DNA of 64,000 nt from Octopus bimaculoides (GCF_001194135.2 NC_068998.1:7602756-7666755), one strand, 5' to 3'; counted from the stretch's first letter, positions 11,163 through 24,328 are shown. Numbers and translations: made by a program. Notes: generated by a model not told the origin, from the sequence alone.

Positions 11163-12852
11163 GTATATACGTTAATCGAAGTGTTCAATATTATATATCT
11201 ATTAAGGCTGATCATACCAATTGGTTTCGTACTACAGGTTCAACGGAGTGTTAGATAACAGTCCGATTATGTAACCCGGCTCTCTTCAGAGATGGCAGTT
11301 GTTGAGTGAAATATGACAACGACTCTCTTTTGTTGGAGGTGAAATAATCACATCTTATATGTGGTTGGTGTGAAAAAGATGACGAAACGAACCGAGCAAG
11401 TGTTAGGTTAAGAGTCATATCCATTGCCAACAAAACGGCATTTGGGGCTGTTGCAGGGTGACGTGGGTTGTCTGGAAAAGTGTTTATGGGAAATGTCTGT
11501 ATGTTTTAAGGTTGCTGCTTTTGTAGTGTTGGAATGATACTGTATATATTGCTCTTTCGTAGAGGGGATATATATGTATGTGAATATGTATGCATGAATG
11601 AATGTACGTACATATATATATATATATATAATAAAGGTTATTAAGGGTAATGGAGTCAACCAGACCCTAAAGATACAGGTACTACCTAGTAAGTGCTGTA
11701 TACCGACTAGTTTTGCCCCAGATGTGGTTGTAACATGAATGGGGAATATAACGTGGGTCGTGTATTAGCGTGTGTACATTAACGTGTAACTCTGAGTATG
11801 GATTTTGTGAAAACTTCGCAGCTTCAATAAAAGCATATTGCTCTACTGTTGATATTCGAGTACTATTTTGTTTCATCTCCTATTGCATTTATGTGCTTGT
11901 GTGTGTGAGTGTATGTATATATACATACATACGTACGTGCATACAAACATATATATATATATANNNNNNNNNNNNNNNNNNNNNNNNNNNNNNNNNNNNN
12001 NNNNNNNNNNNNNNNNNNNNNNNNNNNNNNNNNNNNNNNNNNNNNNNNNNNNNNNNNNNNNNNNNNNNNNNNNNNNNNNNNNNNNNNNNNNNNNNNNNNN
12101 NNNNNNNNNNNNNNNNNNNNNNNNNNNNNNNNNNNNNNNNNNNNNNNNNNNNNNNNNNNNNNNNNNNNNNNNNNNNNNNNNNNNNNNNNNNNNNNNNNNN
12201 NNNNNNNNNNNNNNNNNNNNNNNNNNNNNNNNNNNNNNNNNNNNNNNNNNNNNNNNNNNNNNNNNNNNNNNNNNNNNNNNNNNNNNNNNNNNNNNNNNNN
12301 NNNNNNNNNNNNNNNNNNNNNNNNNNNNNNNNNNNNNNNNNNNNNNNNNNNNNNNNNNNNNNNNNNNNNNNNNNNNNNNNNNNNNNNNNNNNNNNNNNNN
12401 NNNNNNNNNNNNNNNNNNNNNNNNNNNNNNNNNNNNNNNNNNNNNNNNNNNNNNNNGGAGAGAGAGAGAGGGAGAGAGAGATGGAGAGAGAGAGAGGGAG
12501 AGAGAGAGAGTAACAAAGATAGACCAAGTGAGTCAATTTCAAGTGAGTGCCCAAGAGATAGTCATTCAGTGCCAATTGTTAGTTTAAACGAATTGTTAGT
12601 TTAAACGAATTGTTCTTGTACTGAAGTTTCTCTGCTATTCACTAAGCGACCTCAAACTCATTTCTATACTCCTGTGGGAGCAACTTTTATACGCAGTATT
12701 TTGAAGTAGCAATCTACTTATCTAGATATCTATCTATATGTCTATCTAAAATACATATATGGTTCAAATTTACAGAAAAACAACGGACGAAGACAGGTGT
12801 AGGAACAACACCCCGTCTCTCTCTCTCTCACTATATATATTTATATAGTGAC

Positions 12853-13016
12853 AAGCGCAGGTGTGGCTGTGCGGTAAGAAGCTTTCTTTCCACCCACATG
12901 GTTCCAGATTCAGTCCTACTACGTGACATCTTGGGCAAGTGTCTTCTGCTGTAGCCCTCGGGCTGAACAAAGCCTTGTGAGGGGATTTGGTAGATGGAAA
13001 CTGAAAGAAGACTGTC

Positions 13017-13020
<4 letters not shown>
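12853..13020 (+). mobile_element. SINE family B, 5' half
   Basis: Head and body run up to the internal (TA)n tract. Confidence 0.85.
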
Positions 13021-13059
<39 letters not shown>

Positions 13060-13077
13060 TGTATGTATGTATATATT

Positions 13078-13225
13078 CGCTATGATAGATCGCTATCCAC
13101 TAAACCTTTTTCTATTTTCTCTCCCTGTTTATTTCTGTGTTCCTTTCTGTCGAAGAGCGTAGGCTCGAAACGTAAAGGACTTTCTCACTTCCCGAGTGTA
13201 AAACTAATACATCTGCTTGTATACA
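13078..13225 (+). mobile_element. Penelope-like terminal-repeat fragment, same family as 29423-29643
   Basis: High similarity to the reverse complement of 29490-29610; it contains the hammerhead-like core. Confidence 0.55.
13143..13178 (+). ncRNA. Minimal hammerhead-like motif (PLE type), core variant CUGUCGA
   Basis: CTTT-CTGTCGA-A-GAGC(GTAG)GCTC-GAAA-CGT-A-AAGG: perfect 4-bp stem II, palindromic ACGT in place of stem III, 4-bp stem I with one G-U pair. A6 of CUGANGA is U. Confidence 0.5.
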
Positions 13226-13953
13226 TATNNNNNNNNNNNNNNNNNNNNNNNNNNNNNNNNNNNNNNNNNNNNNNNNNNNNNNNNNNNNNNNNNNNNNNNN
13301 NNNNNNNNNNNNNNNNNNNNNNNNNNNNNNNNNNNNNNNNNNNNNNNNNNNNNNNNNNNNNNNNNNNNNNNNNNNNNNNNNNNNNNNNNNNNNNNNNNNN
13401 NNNNNNNNNNNNNNNNNNNNNNNNNNNNGTAAAAGAGTCAAAAGGAACAGTAAGTACGGTTAGGTAGCTTTTTAATAATCACTACAAATGATTCGATACA
13501 CACAGTTCCACGTATTCAAAGGAACCACGGATGATGTAGTATAGAAATCTAGATTTACTTACGGAGACAGCAATTGATTATCGTCTGAGGAGATATATAT
13601 AGATCTTCTTAAACAGGAAAATAGTTACATAATTTAATTTAAATTTAAATTTAAATTTTTAAATCCTGTATATATCTGTATGTATCGAAACATTTGTAAT
13701 GATTATTAAAAAGCTGCCTAACCGTATTTACTCTTCCTTTTGACTCTTTTACTTTATATATATATATGACTTTTTTGACTTTTTGACTTTTGACTTTTTA
13801 TTTTCACACACTAAGAATACATAAGACTAGAATTGGTAGCTTACCATAAGAATACTACTGGCTATTTGGGAATTCTGAGGGTGAACGAGCTCTATTTGTA
13901 CTTTAATACGTTCTTAACAGAACACACCTCAACTATATATATGTATGTATATA

Positions 13954-14013
<60 letters not shown>

Positions 14014-14522
14014 CATAAATACAAAACCAACTATGTATCTGCATATTTATATCTATGTGTTTAATTGACCATTTTCATGTGTGTGCGTGAGTATATGTGT
14101 GTATATGTGTACCTGTGCATGCGTCTGTATGTATTTGTGTATGCATGTGTATATTTGTGAGTGTGTGTATACCTGTATGTGTGTGTGTAAAACACGCAGA
14201 AAATGGTGTCATTTTGATAAGAAAATTTTCCAAAAAATTTACTGAAATCTAGAACTTTCACCTGAAACTCTACGATCTTCAAAAGCAGATAACATCTTCG
14301 ACATGGGAAATATATTTTTCTCTCCAGAAAAGAATTAACGAACAAATAACAAATATCATTTTTGTCAAAACTACGCTTCTCTGATCTCTTTTACTCTCTT
14401 CCTCTCCCTCTCCCTCTCTATTTATCTGCCTTTATCACAAATAATCTTGTTAAGCCATTTCCTCCACTACTGAATCCCGTTATCAGATGGAACTGTACAT
14501 TTCACCTTACTGCTCATAACGT

Positions 14523-14556
<34 letters not shown>

Positions 14557-14794
14557 ATGGATGGTGTTGACATGTTAGTAATGACCGATCGCAAAGATAA
14601 TGATGGCAGTACAACTGCTGCTGACAATGATGACGCTGCTGCTACTGCTGCTGCTGCTGCTACAGCTGTAGCTACTACGATTATTACTGCTACAATTACT
14701 GTTGTTATTGTTGTTGTTGTTGTCGCTGCAGATGTTGAAATTTTCTGTTGCATCTGTGGACTTGTTGCAGATGCACAACTTCACCGTCATACAC

Positions 14795-14868
<74 letters not shown>

Positions 14869-14884
14869 GTGTGTGTTTGAGAGT

Positions 14885-15056
14885 CCCCCCAAATATTACT
14901 TGACCTATGATGCTGGTGTGTTTACGTCCCAGTAACTTAGCAGTTCGGGAAAAGAGACCGATAGAATAAGTACTAAGGTTACAAAGAATAAGTCCTGGGG
15001 TCGATTTGCTCGACTAAAGGCGGCAATCAAATGACTGAAATGAATAAAAGAATAGA
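14885..15056 (+). mobile_element. SINE family B, 3' half
   Basis: GATGCTGGTGTGTTTACGTCCC...GAGACCGATAGAATAAGTACT...GTCCTGGGGTCGATTTGCTCGACTAAAGGCGG. Confidence 0.85.
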
Positions 15057-15282
15057 TAAATGGACCATGGGAATGTAGAATAAAGGGTTCAATAGGGAAA
15101 TATAGTGTGAAACCTGTAGCAAATTTGAACTGGCAACCTATGAGCTGGTAGATCAATAGCTTAACCACTGAGCTATTTCGTTTCCACCACTGTGAAGTAT
15201 TACAGAGAAATATTAACCCTTCTCTGATCAGATGCACGCATGCACACACACACAAACATACACACACGTACACACACACAGA

Positions 15283-15520
15283 GATAGAAACACATATATA
15301 AGGAACATATGCACACATAAGTATATAAGAAACAAACATGCATATTTAAGAAACACACATACACACACAAATCAATCACACACACACAGAGATAGATACA
15401 TTTATATTAGGAACATACGCACACATATATTCATAAAGAACAAACACATGCATATTTTAGAAACACACACACATATTTATTAGGAACACATACACAAACT
15501 TATATATTTAAGAAAACATA
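15283..15520. repeat. Complex CA/TA-rich minisatellite with recurring AGAAACACA / TAGGAACA / CATGCATATTT blocks
   Basis: Recurring blocks with an approximate period of 110 bp. Confidence 0.6.
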
Positions 15521-15805
15521 CAGCCAATGTGCTATATATAATTATTGAAATAACTTCGTTATTGTAAGATTTAATAAAATAATTAACTTGGTCATTATTA
15601 AGTTAAGGTTAACATATTTAATGCAAGAAGCATCAACTTGTTAATCAGAAACAAAATGTGCTAAATGAAAAAAGAGAAAATTAACTAACGATTGCTTCTA
15701 TGCTTACTCAGAACAATGCAGTCTCAAACACAATGCGACCACCAGTTTTCGTGCAGAAACTTCAAATTTATATATTTTAGCTTTTTTCTTAGTTTAACAA
15801 TTAAA

Positions 15806-15887
15806 TCGAACTCAGAACGTATCAGTTGACGAAATACCGCTAAGCATTTCGTTTGGCGTGCTAATGCTTCTGCCAGCTCACCGCCTT
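15806..15887 (-). mobile_element. SINE family A, head fragment
   Basis: GAACTCAGAACGT...GAAATACCGCTAAGCATTTCG...CTGCCAGCTCACCGCCTT on the plus strand. Confidence 0.8.
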
Positions 15888-16144
15888 GTTTTAATGGTAA
15901 GTTTTATGTTGGACTATCTTTCTCCTAGAAGAGCTGCCTTGCCTCCTAGGCTTTGTCAAAAATAATGGAAACCTCCTCTACCCCTGGGGAAATTTAATTT
16001 AGACTAGAGGTGGAGTCCTGAAAGTTACTAATGCTCAGGTTCAGAAGACATGTGAGAGTAATGGTAATATGGGGTGGGGTGGGGGTGACTCAGTGCTCTC
16101 CACAACTCCTCAAATGAACTGGAACCTCACCAATGGATGCAGTA

Positions 16145-16179
<35 letters not shown>

Positions 16180-16189
16180 AGCTGCAGAA

Positions 16190-16320
16190 CCTGAGCCAAA
16201 ATAGACAATAGAATCTGGTGGGGCTGCTTGCCTTGCTAGTTCCTGTCAAGCCATCCAAATCATGCCAGCATAGGAAACAGACATTAACCATCGATGATGA
16301 TGATAATGATAATGATGATG
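16190..16320 (+). mobile_element. RTE-type retroposon 3' tail
   Basis: CTGTCAAGCCATCCAAATCATGCCAGCATAGGAAACAGACATTAA followed by (GAT)n. Confidence 0.55.
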
Positions 16321-16395
16321 CTATACATATATATAAATATGACAGGCTGATAGTCTTCCTTGCAATTTCTGTCAACCAAATTTACCTACAAGGCA

Positions 16396-16501
16396 TCACT
16401 TAGTCCAGGGTTTTGGTAGAAGACAGTTGCCCAAGGTGTTACACAGTGAGACTCATCCTGAAACCACATGACTATGCAGCAAGCTTCATTACCACACAGT
16501 C
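16396..16501 (-). mobile_element. SINE family B, degenerate 5' fragment
   Basis: GTAGAAGACAGTTGCCCAAGGTG...AACCACATG...AAGCTTCATTACCACACAG. Confidence 0.65.
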
Positions 16502-17821
16502 AAGTGTGCTTTTACTTTTGGATCATAGACATTTCACAGATCCCATATGGTCCAGCAAACTTATGATTTGATGTATTCCTGAAATTGTCACTACATTTAT
16601 CCTCTGGTGTCGTATGCTACCTTGAATCCTATATTGTATAGAAAGGTTAAGATATAAATCTTTGTTCAAAAGGTAGATGGTGATTTAAAGAAAATTCAGC
16701 TACTATTTTCATTTCTTCATAACATTTGAAATTGTTTTGTTTTTTATATCAACATTCCCCCTGATGTTATTCTCATTGTTGCTGTCATTGCTATAACGAA
16801 TGTATAACTCGTATACATTCGTTGAACTAAAACGATTCTCTTGCATCCTTAATATATATCTTCGAATGACTTTTCATTCTCTCTGGCAAGTAGTATTGCT
16901 TCTTGACAAAGCTACAACTGGGACTACACACAACATTTGACACTGAACAATGTCAAGTAGCTTATGCCTCTCATGTACTTTCTCAACTTACTTTCTCAGT
17001 TAACCAACAACATTACCTACTGTTCTCCGTTTTATACCCTTCATCCCCACCAATACGCTTTCAGTCCATTTTGAATTACTTCTATTTATTACAGACAGCA
17101 GGTCTATCTTGAATCTTCCTTCATTCCCTTGGTAATATGCATAAACCGTAACAGTGAAAATGTATACAGTTCTCCAGCCAGTATGTCATGTCACTGAGCT
17201 GAGATCAAGTGAATGCCAAAGCATTAACCAGCTCAAATTTCATTTCCCACCTAATTTGCTTCAACTTAGTCCAGAGGAATTTTCTTAATGTTCTGTATTA
17301 TTAATGCATTGTACCCCAACCCCGTCTTCTCCTCCTCCTCCTCCTCCTCCTCCTNNNNNNNNNNNNNNNNNNNNNNNNNNNNNNNNNNNNNNNNNNNNNN
17401 NNNNNNNNNNNNNNNNNNNNNNNNNNNNNNNNNNNNNNNNNNNNNNNNNNNNNNNNNNNNNNNNNNNNNNNNNNNNNNNNNNNNNNNNNNNNNNNNNNNN
17501 NNNNNNNNNNNNNNNNNNNNNNNNNNNNNNNNNNNNNNNNNNNNNNNNNNNNNNNNNNNNNNNNNNNNNNNNNNNNNNNNNNNNNNNNNNNNNNNNNNNN
17601 NNNNNNNNNNNNNNNNNNNNNNNNNNNNNNNNNNNNNNNNNNNNNNNNNNNNNNNNNNNNNNNNNNNNNNNNNNNNNNNNNNNNNNNNNNNNNNNNNNNN
17701 NNNNNNNNNNNNNNNNNNNNNNNNNNNNNNNNNNNNNNNNNNNNNNNNNNNNNNNNNNNNNNNNNNNNNNNNNNNNNNNNNNNNNNNNNNNNNNNNNNNN
17801 NNNNNNNNNNNNNNNNNNNNN

Positions 17822-17870
<49 letters not shown>

Positions 17871-18774
17871 ACATGAATGTATATATGTATATCTTCATTT
17901 CTATATGTTGCACAATCATATAGCAGTAAAATAACAAAATGAATGGCATTATAAACACACACACACACACATTCATATACACATACATAAATCATTGATA
18001 TACACATATATACACATATACATATACATGTGTGTTTATTATGTGTCTGTATGTATATATATATATGCACACGTTTCATAGATATTTGTATATATATATA
18101 TATGCGTGTATATGTGTGTGTGTATATATATGTATGTATATACATACATATATATATATATATATATGATCATATATCCACACACAAACACATGTACTTA
18201 CATACATATATACATAAACACATATACATACACATGCATATATATAGGCATATATATATATACATAAGCATAAAACTACACTGACATACACACATACAAA
18301 CACCGCTCGTACGTAACCTACTACTAAACTCTGTTTAATATGTTACCATATGTTGCTTAAAAAAATATGCGAGAACTTCATAGATATATATTAAAGCAGC
18401 ACGCATAAGTACTTTTGAAAATGATGGGGGAAAAAAATAATACAAAACATGTTTTATCAGAACCTTAAGCTAAAATAATAAAGAAAATTACTTGCGCAAT
18501 ATATAGACTTTATCATTATGTAGGTATTAACTACACGACATTTACATGAACAATCAGAAAATCAAATAAATCTATGAAAAATGAAAGAAAGAAACAGAAA
18601 CAGTAAGAATGAATTTACACAAGGTAAATAACCAGCGAATAAAAAAAATATTAGCAAAAACATGACATACGGTAATAAAATTTTTTTGTACTTTATATTA
18701 TGAACTTACAACATAACACAAACTGTCTCAACTAAACAGTATATGACTATAATACAAGAGGATAATTCTTTTTA

Positions 18775-18980
18775 TTTGTAAACACAAGGTTGGAGATTTT
18801 GAGGGTGGGGGTTAGTTTTATTACATAAACCCCCAGTGTCTGATTGATATTTATTTATCGACCCCAGAAGGATGAAAGGCAGAGCGAACTTTAGTTGAAA
18901 TTGTATTCAAAACATAAAGAGACAGAATGGATACCACTAAGCATTTTGTCCAATACACAAACGATTCAGCCTACCGGCCA
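18775..18980 (-). mobile_element. SINE family A, degenerate
   Basis: TTTATCGACCCCAGAAGGATGAAAGGC and CCACTAAGCATTTTGTCC. Confidence 0.65.
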
Positions 18981-19052
18981 TCTTTTATTACAAGATAAGA
19001 CAAGAAACCCTTTGAACCAGCCACGTTCTCTTTTCATGATCCTTTTACTGCT

Positions 19053-19218
19053 GACAGCCGATGTTGGTGTATTTGCATCCCTGTAACTTAACACTTCAGT
19101 GAAAGAGAACAATAGAATAAGTATTAGGCTTATAAAGTAGTGCTAGGATCGATTCATTCGACTAAAAATTCAAGGCGGTGCCCCAGCATGGCCGCCGTCT
19201 CATAACTGATACAAGTAA
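19053..19218 (+). mobile_element. SINE family B, 3' half
   Basis: GACAGCCGATGTTGGTGT...AATAAGTATTAGGCTT...CAAGGCGGTGCCCCAGCATGGCCG. Confidence 0.8.
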
Positions 19219-19409
19219 TCTTGGATATTATTATTATTTTTGTGTAGTCACTTACCTCCCAGATTGCTGTTGTCTCTGATCATGCAGAGCTATGACAGGA
19301 TGGTCACAACTAGACTGTCATAACCATTCCTTCTTTCTTCCTATATGTGAGGAAGCAAAGATGACATTATTCAGAAGTGGATCAACTTCAGCTAGGAATC
19401 TAAGCATGC

Positions 19410-19789
19410 TCTTCGACTCAGTTATCGGACTGTGACCATGCTGGGGCACCTCCTTGAATTTTTAGTCGAATGAATCGATCCCAGTACTCCTTTATAAGCC
19501 TAGTACTTATTCTATCGTCCTATTTCACTAAAGTGCTAAGTTACGAGGATGCAAACACACCAACATCGGTTGTCAAGCGTTGCTGGGGGGAGGTGAAACA
19601 CATACATATACATACATATGAATATATACAACAGGATTCTTTCAGTTTCTGTCTAACAAGTCCATTCGCAAGGCTTTGGTCAGCCCAAGGCTATAGTAGA
19701 AGACAATTGCCCATGGTACCATGCAGTGGGACTGAACCTGGAACCATGTTGTCAGGAAGCAAACTTCTCACAACTCAGCCGCACCTACC
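19410..19789 (-). mobile_element. SINE family B, near full length
   Basis: Complete head, body and 3' half in reverse orientation. Confidence 0.85.
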
Positions 19790-19802
19790 AAGAATTAAAT
19801 AT

Positions 19803-19965
19803 TAATTTCGAAATTTGGCACAAGGCCAGCAATTTCGGGGGATGGGTTAAGTCGATTACATCAACACAAGGGCTCAACTGGTACTAATTTTATCGACCCC
19901 GAAAGGATGACAGGCAAAGTCTACCTTGGTGGAATCTGAACTCAGAAAATAAGACACACGAAATG
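19803..19965 (-). mobile_element. SINE family A, 5'-truncated
   Basis: TTTATCGACCCCGAAAGGATGACAGGCAAAGTC and tail GGCACAAGGCCAGCAATTTCG. Confidence 0.8.
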
Positions 19966-19974
19966 TCATTTTTT

Positions 19975-20358
19975 CTTTTATTTCTTTTATTTGTTTCAGA
20001 CATTTGACTGTGGCCATGCTGGAGCACCGCCTTCAGGCAAGCAAATCGACACCAGGACTTCCTCTTTATTAGCCTAGTATCTATTGTATTGGGCTCTCTT
20101 GTTGAACTGCTAAGTGACGGAGACGTAAACACACCAGCATCGGTTGTCAAGCGATGTTGTGGGGACAAACACAGACACACAAACATATACATACATATAT
20201 ATACACGACGGGCTTCTTTTAGTTTCCATCTACCAAATACACTCACAAGGTTTTGGTCGGCTCGAGGCTATAGTAGAAGACACTTGCCCAAGGTACCATG
20301 CAGTGGGACTGAACCCGGAACCATGTGGTTCTTAAGCAAACTACTTACCACACTAAGC
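19975..20358 (-). mobile_element. SINE family B, near full length
   Basis: Complete structure in reverse orientation. Confidence 0.88.
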
Positions 20359-21241
20359 GTTTTGTCCAGCGTGGTTACGATGCAGCCAGCTTGCTGCCTG
20401 GACCAAGAATTAAATAATAATTATGACATGGTCAAGAGAAAGAGATATTTCCCTTTATGTTCAAAATCCTTTCAAGATTGATGAGACATTTATAGTCCCA
20501 GGACTAAGAATGGAATGCGTATCCACATATTGATCATTAATGAAACTGAACACATCACCAATCACACTGTAGGACACCTGGAAATATACCGATAGTCATG
20601 CTGGACATTGTTGAAGAAACCATCCATATAATTACAAGACCTGTCTCCTTCCTAGCTTCAAGATACACAAATGCCATTCTGCCGATTTCTGTGTTCTCAT
20701 CACAATTGCTTATTCAAACATCATGCACAAAGCATCAGCTATTCCGTCATTTCCTGGGCATTGAGACTCAATAACATCANNNNNNNNNNNNNNNNNNNNN
20801 NNNNNNNNNNNNNNNNNNNNNNNNNNNNNNNNNNNNNNNNNNNNNNNNNNNNNNNNNNNNNNNNNNNNNNNNNNNNNNNTTTTTTAAAGAAAAAATATGA
20901 AAAAAAAATGAAAGATCGATATTTAATAGCACTGAAAAAATGAATATCTATATGTGAGTCTGTGTGTGTGTGTGTCTGTGTCTGTGTATACGCATATGCA
21001 TGTTTGTGTGCGTATGTTTGTGTGTTTGCGTGTGTATGTGTTTGTGTGTGTGTTTGTGTGTGTGCATGTGTTGAGTGCATGTGTTGAGTGCACGTGCAGG
21101 CTGGAATGTCGTGTCTAATGTGTGTGCGTATGCATGTGAGTATGTGCACACGTCTGCACATGCTTGCATGTATGTGTGTGTGAGTGTGTGTGTGAGAGAG
21201 AAGTGAGCCAGAGAGAGAAAATTTGGAGGAGAGAGGAAGAA

Positions 21242-21244
<3 letters not shown>

Positions 21245-21300
<56 letters not shown>
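21245..21300. repeat. (GA)n microsatellite
   Basis: Direct reading of the sequence. Confidence 0.95.
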
Positions 21301-21304
<4 letters not shown>

Positions 21305-21779
21305 GAAATGTTGCTTCAAGCTTGGATCTGATGATTTTTAAGGTAAATATCAAAAAATATAAATTAAAATAAAATTTTTAAAAATAAATTACAAGAAAGA
21401 AAAAACAAAAAATAAAAAAAAATGGAATAGTCAGTCAGTAAACAAAAACATAATAATGAAAAATGGAACACAGACCAAAAAACAAAAAAAGCCTCACAAT
21501 ATCCAGCAAAAAAACAAACAAAATTATGCTGCCATATTTAATGATGAAGAGACGTTATCAGATGCTGATTTGTCAAAGGCTTGAACGGACTTGAACTGTA
21601 TCATATGCTCAGTGGAACAACAACAACAATACTTATAACGTTGATGATGATGATGATGACAATGGTAATAAATGTTTATAATGGTTACAAAAGTTATAGC
21701 AATGATGATGATGACGATGATGATGATAGCAATAATTACAATAATAATAATAATTGTTGAAAACTACTACTACTACAAC

Positions 21780-21832
21780 TAATAATAATAATAATGATGG
21801 TGATAATAATAATACTAATAATAATAATAATG

Positions 21833-21872
<40 letters not shown>

Positions 21873-21919
21873 CAATAATAATAATAATAATGATAATAAT
21901 AATAATGATAATAATAGTA
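21780..21919. repeat. (AAT)n microsatellite forming the tail of the adjacent SINE A2
   Basis: Direct reading; it abuts the SINE tail. Confidence 0.9.
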
Positions 21920-22119
21920 ATTTCTACTTTCGGTACAAGGCCTGAAAATTGGGGTACTAGAATCCATCAACCCCGGTGTTTCACTGGTATTTAGTTTATC
22001 GACCCTGAAAGGATGAATGGCAAAGTCAACTTCGGAATTTGAACTCAAAACGTTGCGGCGAACGAAATACCATTAAGCATTCCGCCCAGCGTGCTAACGA
22101 TTCTGCCATCTAACCACCT
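21920..22119 (-). mobile_element. SINE family A, tail A2
   Basis: Family core and head present in reverse orientation. Confidence 0.8.
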
Positions 22120-23424
22120 GTAACCCAGTCATGCTGATCGTCCATTTAAACTGACACTTAATTTATAAAACAAGTGTTATTGAGGAAACTGAAGTTAATC
22201 TAGTTTATATAATCTCCATGATGTATCATCCTTAATTGTGGATATTTTAATCATTAGCACACTGCATTTTCTGTTGAATTGTTTGTGACACTGACCACAT
22301 AATCTACAGATAATCATTAGCAGACAAAACTCAAAGAAGGCCAAGTGGAAGATCGCATCTCTCTCTAGTCTCTGATGTATTTTTTTTATATTCTGTATAC
22401 TTGTGAAGTGTGGGGGAACCATCATGTCAATGTATAGAGCTATAGAGACAATATTTTCTCAATCCGCTAAAAGGAGGACTAAAAGAGGCTGAGAGGTAAG
22501 TTTTGTATTCCAGCCTTGAAAAACCCTCACAAACAATGACTGCCTAAACAGACCTATGGGTTAGATGGCCGTTGCCTGCGTGATACAAAAGCATCATTTA
22601 CCAGAAATAGGGGATCACCCACCAACAGATGGTGGATCCACTGTTCCAGACCATGCCCCCATACTAAAAAGGTAAATTGTATTCTCCTGTTATTTTCTCC
22701 ACAATAACTTTCCATGATGCTTAGCTCCAAGTCAGAGGCTAAGCTGACTGAGAAAACGAAATATTTCCAGTGGTGGCCACCTCAGTTATCTTTCAAACAT
22801 AATGTACACATTCTGTTAGTACTCAGCGCCTCTTTTGTTAAGGCGATATTATCATCAATGAGAAAGATTTGGCTGCTATTTCTAGTAGGTCCGCTTAGAG
22901 CTCCTCTCATTGGCTTGATAACTGTTTAAGACTTGTTTTGTTTATCATAGTTTGCTGGCTAAAATTCAAATGCAATTAAATCAATTACAGAAGGTGTATA
23001 TCCTCTCCCCACTTCAGACCTTCTCTATCGATATTTCTCAAAGTGAAATATTTCAGTTGTCACAATACAGTCCTTGGGGGAAAATATATCAGACAATTAC
23101 TTTCTATTTACTATCTTCAATTACACAGCAATTTATTTATACTTAATATATATATATTATGAGGTGCCATATTTTGACATGTATGTGTTTTCCTTTAGCA
23201 TCGACTTCAGCCAATGAACAATTATAACTCTTCTAAAGACTTAACTGTCTCCTTCTTTGCAGAACATTCTGTTATTGACGAGAATACTGTCCAGTCCAGA
23301 TGTCTGTTGCATCACTTTTTCTTTATCTACTCATTTTGAACATCTGACTGTGGCCATGCTGGAACACCACCTAAAGGATTATTTTAATCAAAAATCATTA
23401 TCTCGAGTACTTAGCTTTTGGGGA

Positions 23425-23764
23425 CCCCAGTGCGCAATTGGTACTTAATTTATCGACCCCGAACAGGTGAAAGGAAAGGTCGACCTCGGCTTAATTTGAA
23501 CTCAGAACGTGAAGACAGATGAAATACCGCTAAGCATTTCGCCCGTCGTGCTAACGCTTCTACCAGCTTGCCGCCTTAAGTTTTTGGGAGAGGGCAACTC
23601 CATTAGATCGACCCCAGTACGCAACAGTTACTTAATTTATCGAACCCGAAAGGATGAAAGGCAAAGTCGACCTCGGCGGAATTTTAACTCAGAACGTAAA
23701 GACAGACGAAATACCGCTAAGCATTTCGCCCGGCGTGCTAACGTTTCTGCCAGCTCACCGCCTT
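23425..23764 (-). mobile_element. Tandem pair of SINE family A copies, each with a complete head
   Basis: Two cores; heads end at ~23578 and 23764 (CCGCCTT on plus). The central spacer is a truncated A2 tail. Confidence 0.88.
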
Positions 23765-24267
23765 GAAGACCTATAGAATAATAAGCAGCCTAAAAAGGTA
23801 CTGGAATCGGTTGGTTCAATTAAACCATTCATGGTGATACCCCAGCATATCTGCAGTCTAATGACTGAAGCATTTAAAAGGATCAAATCAAAAATATATT
23901 GTGAATTTTAAGGTAGGAAAATAGGAAAAGCATTATATTTGAGTACATATTGTACTGATGTAAAAGCATTATGTAAAACTATGGCAGACAATAGGGATGA
24001 ATATTTCATAAGTTAATATTAAACAGGAAGTTGCTCAGTTTAGATATATTGCGAATGTAATTGTCTTACCGTTGTTGGTGCCAGGTAACTGCATAGATTT
24101 AGGACGTTCTTGTTTAAATGATTCGTGTATGTTTAAATTTTAACACTTAGGCCCGGTTATATTGTTTCTTACACTGAAGTAAAATAGATCAGCATAATTT
24201 GCATCAAGTGTGTGTGTGTGTGTGTGCATGTGTGTGTGTATGTGTGTGTGTGTGTGTGTATATATAT

Positions 24268-24328
<61 letters not shown>

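Noticed and set aside
22445-22500. Possible 50-nt plus-strand exon ending GAG|GTAAGT (RQYFLNPLKGGLKEAE)
   Set aside because: Weak acceptor, no recognisable protein and no partner exons identified.
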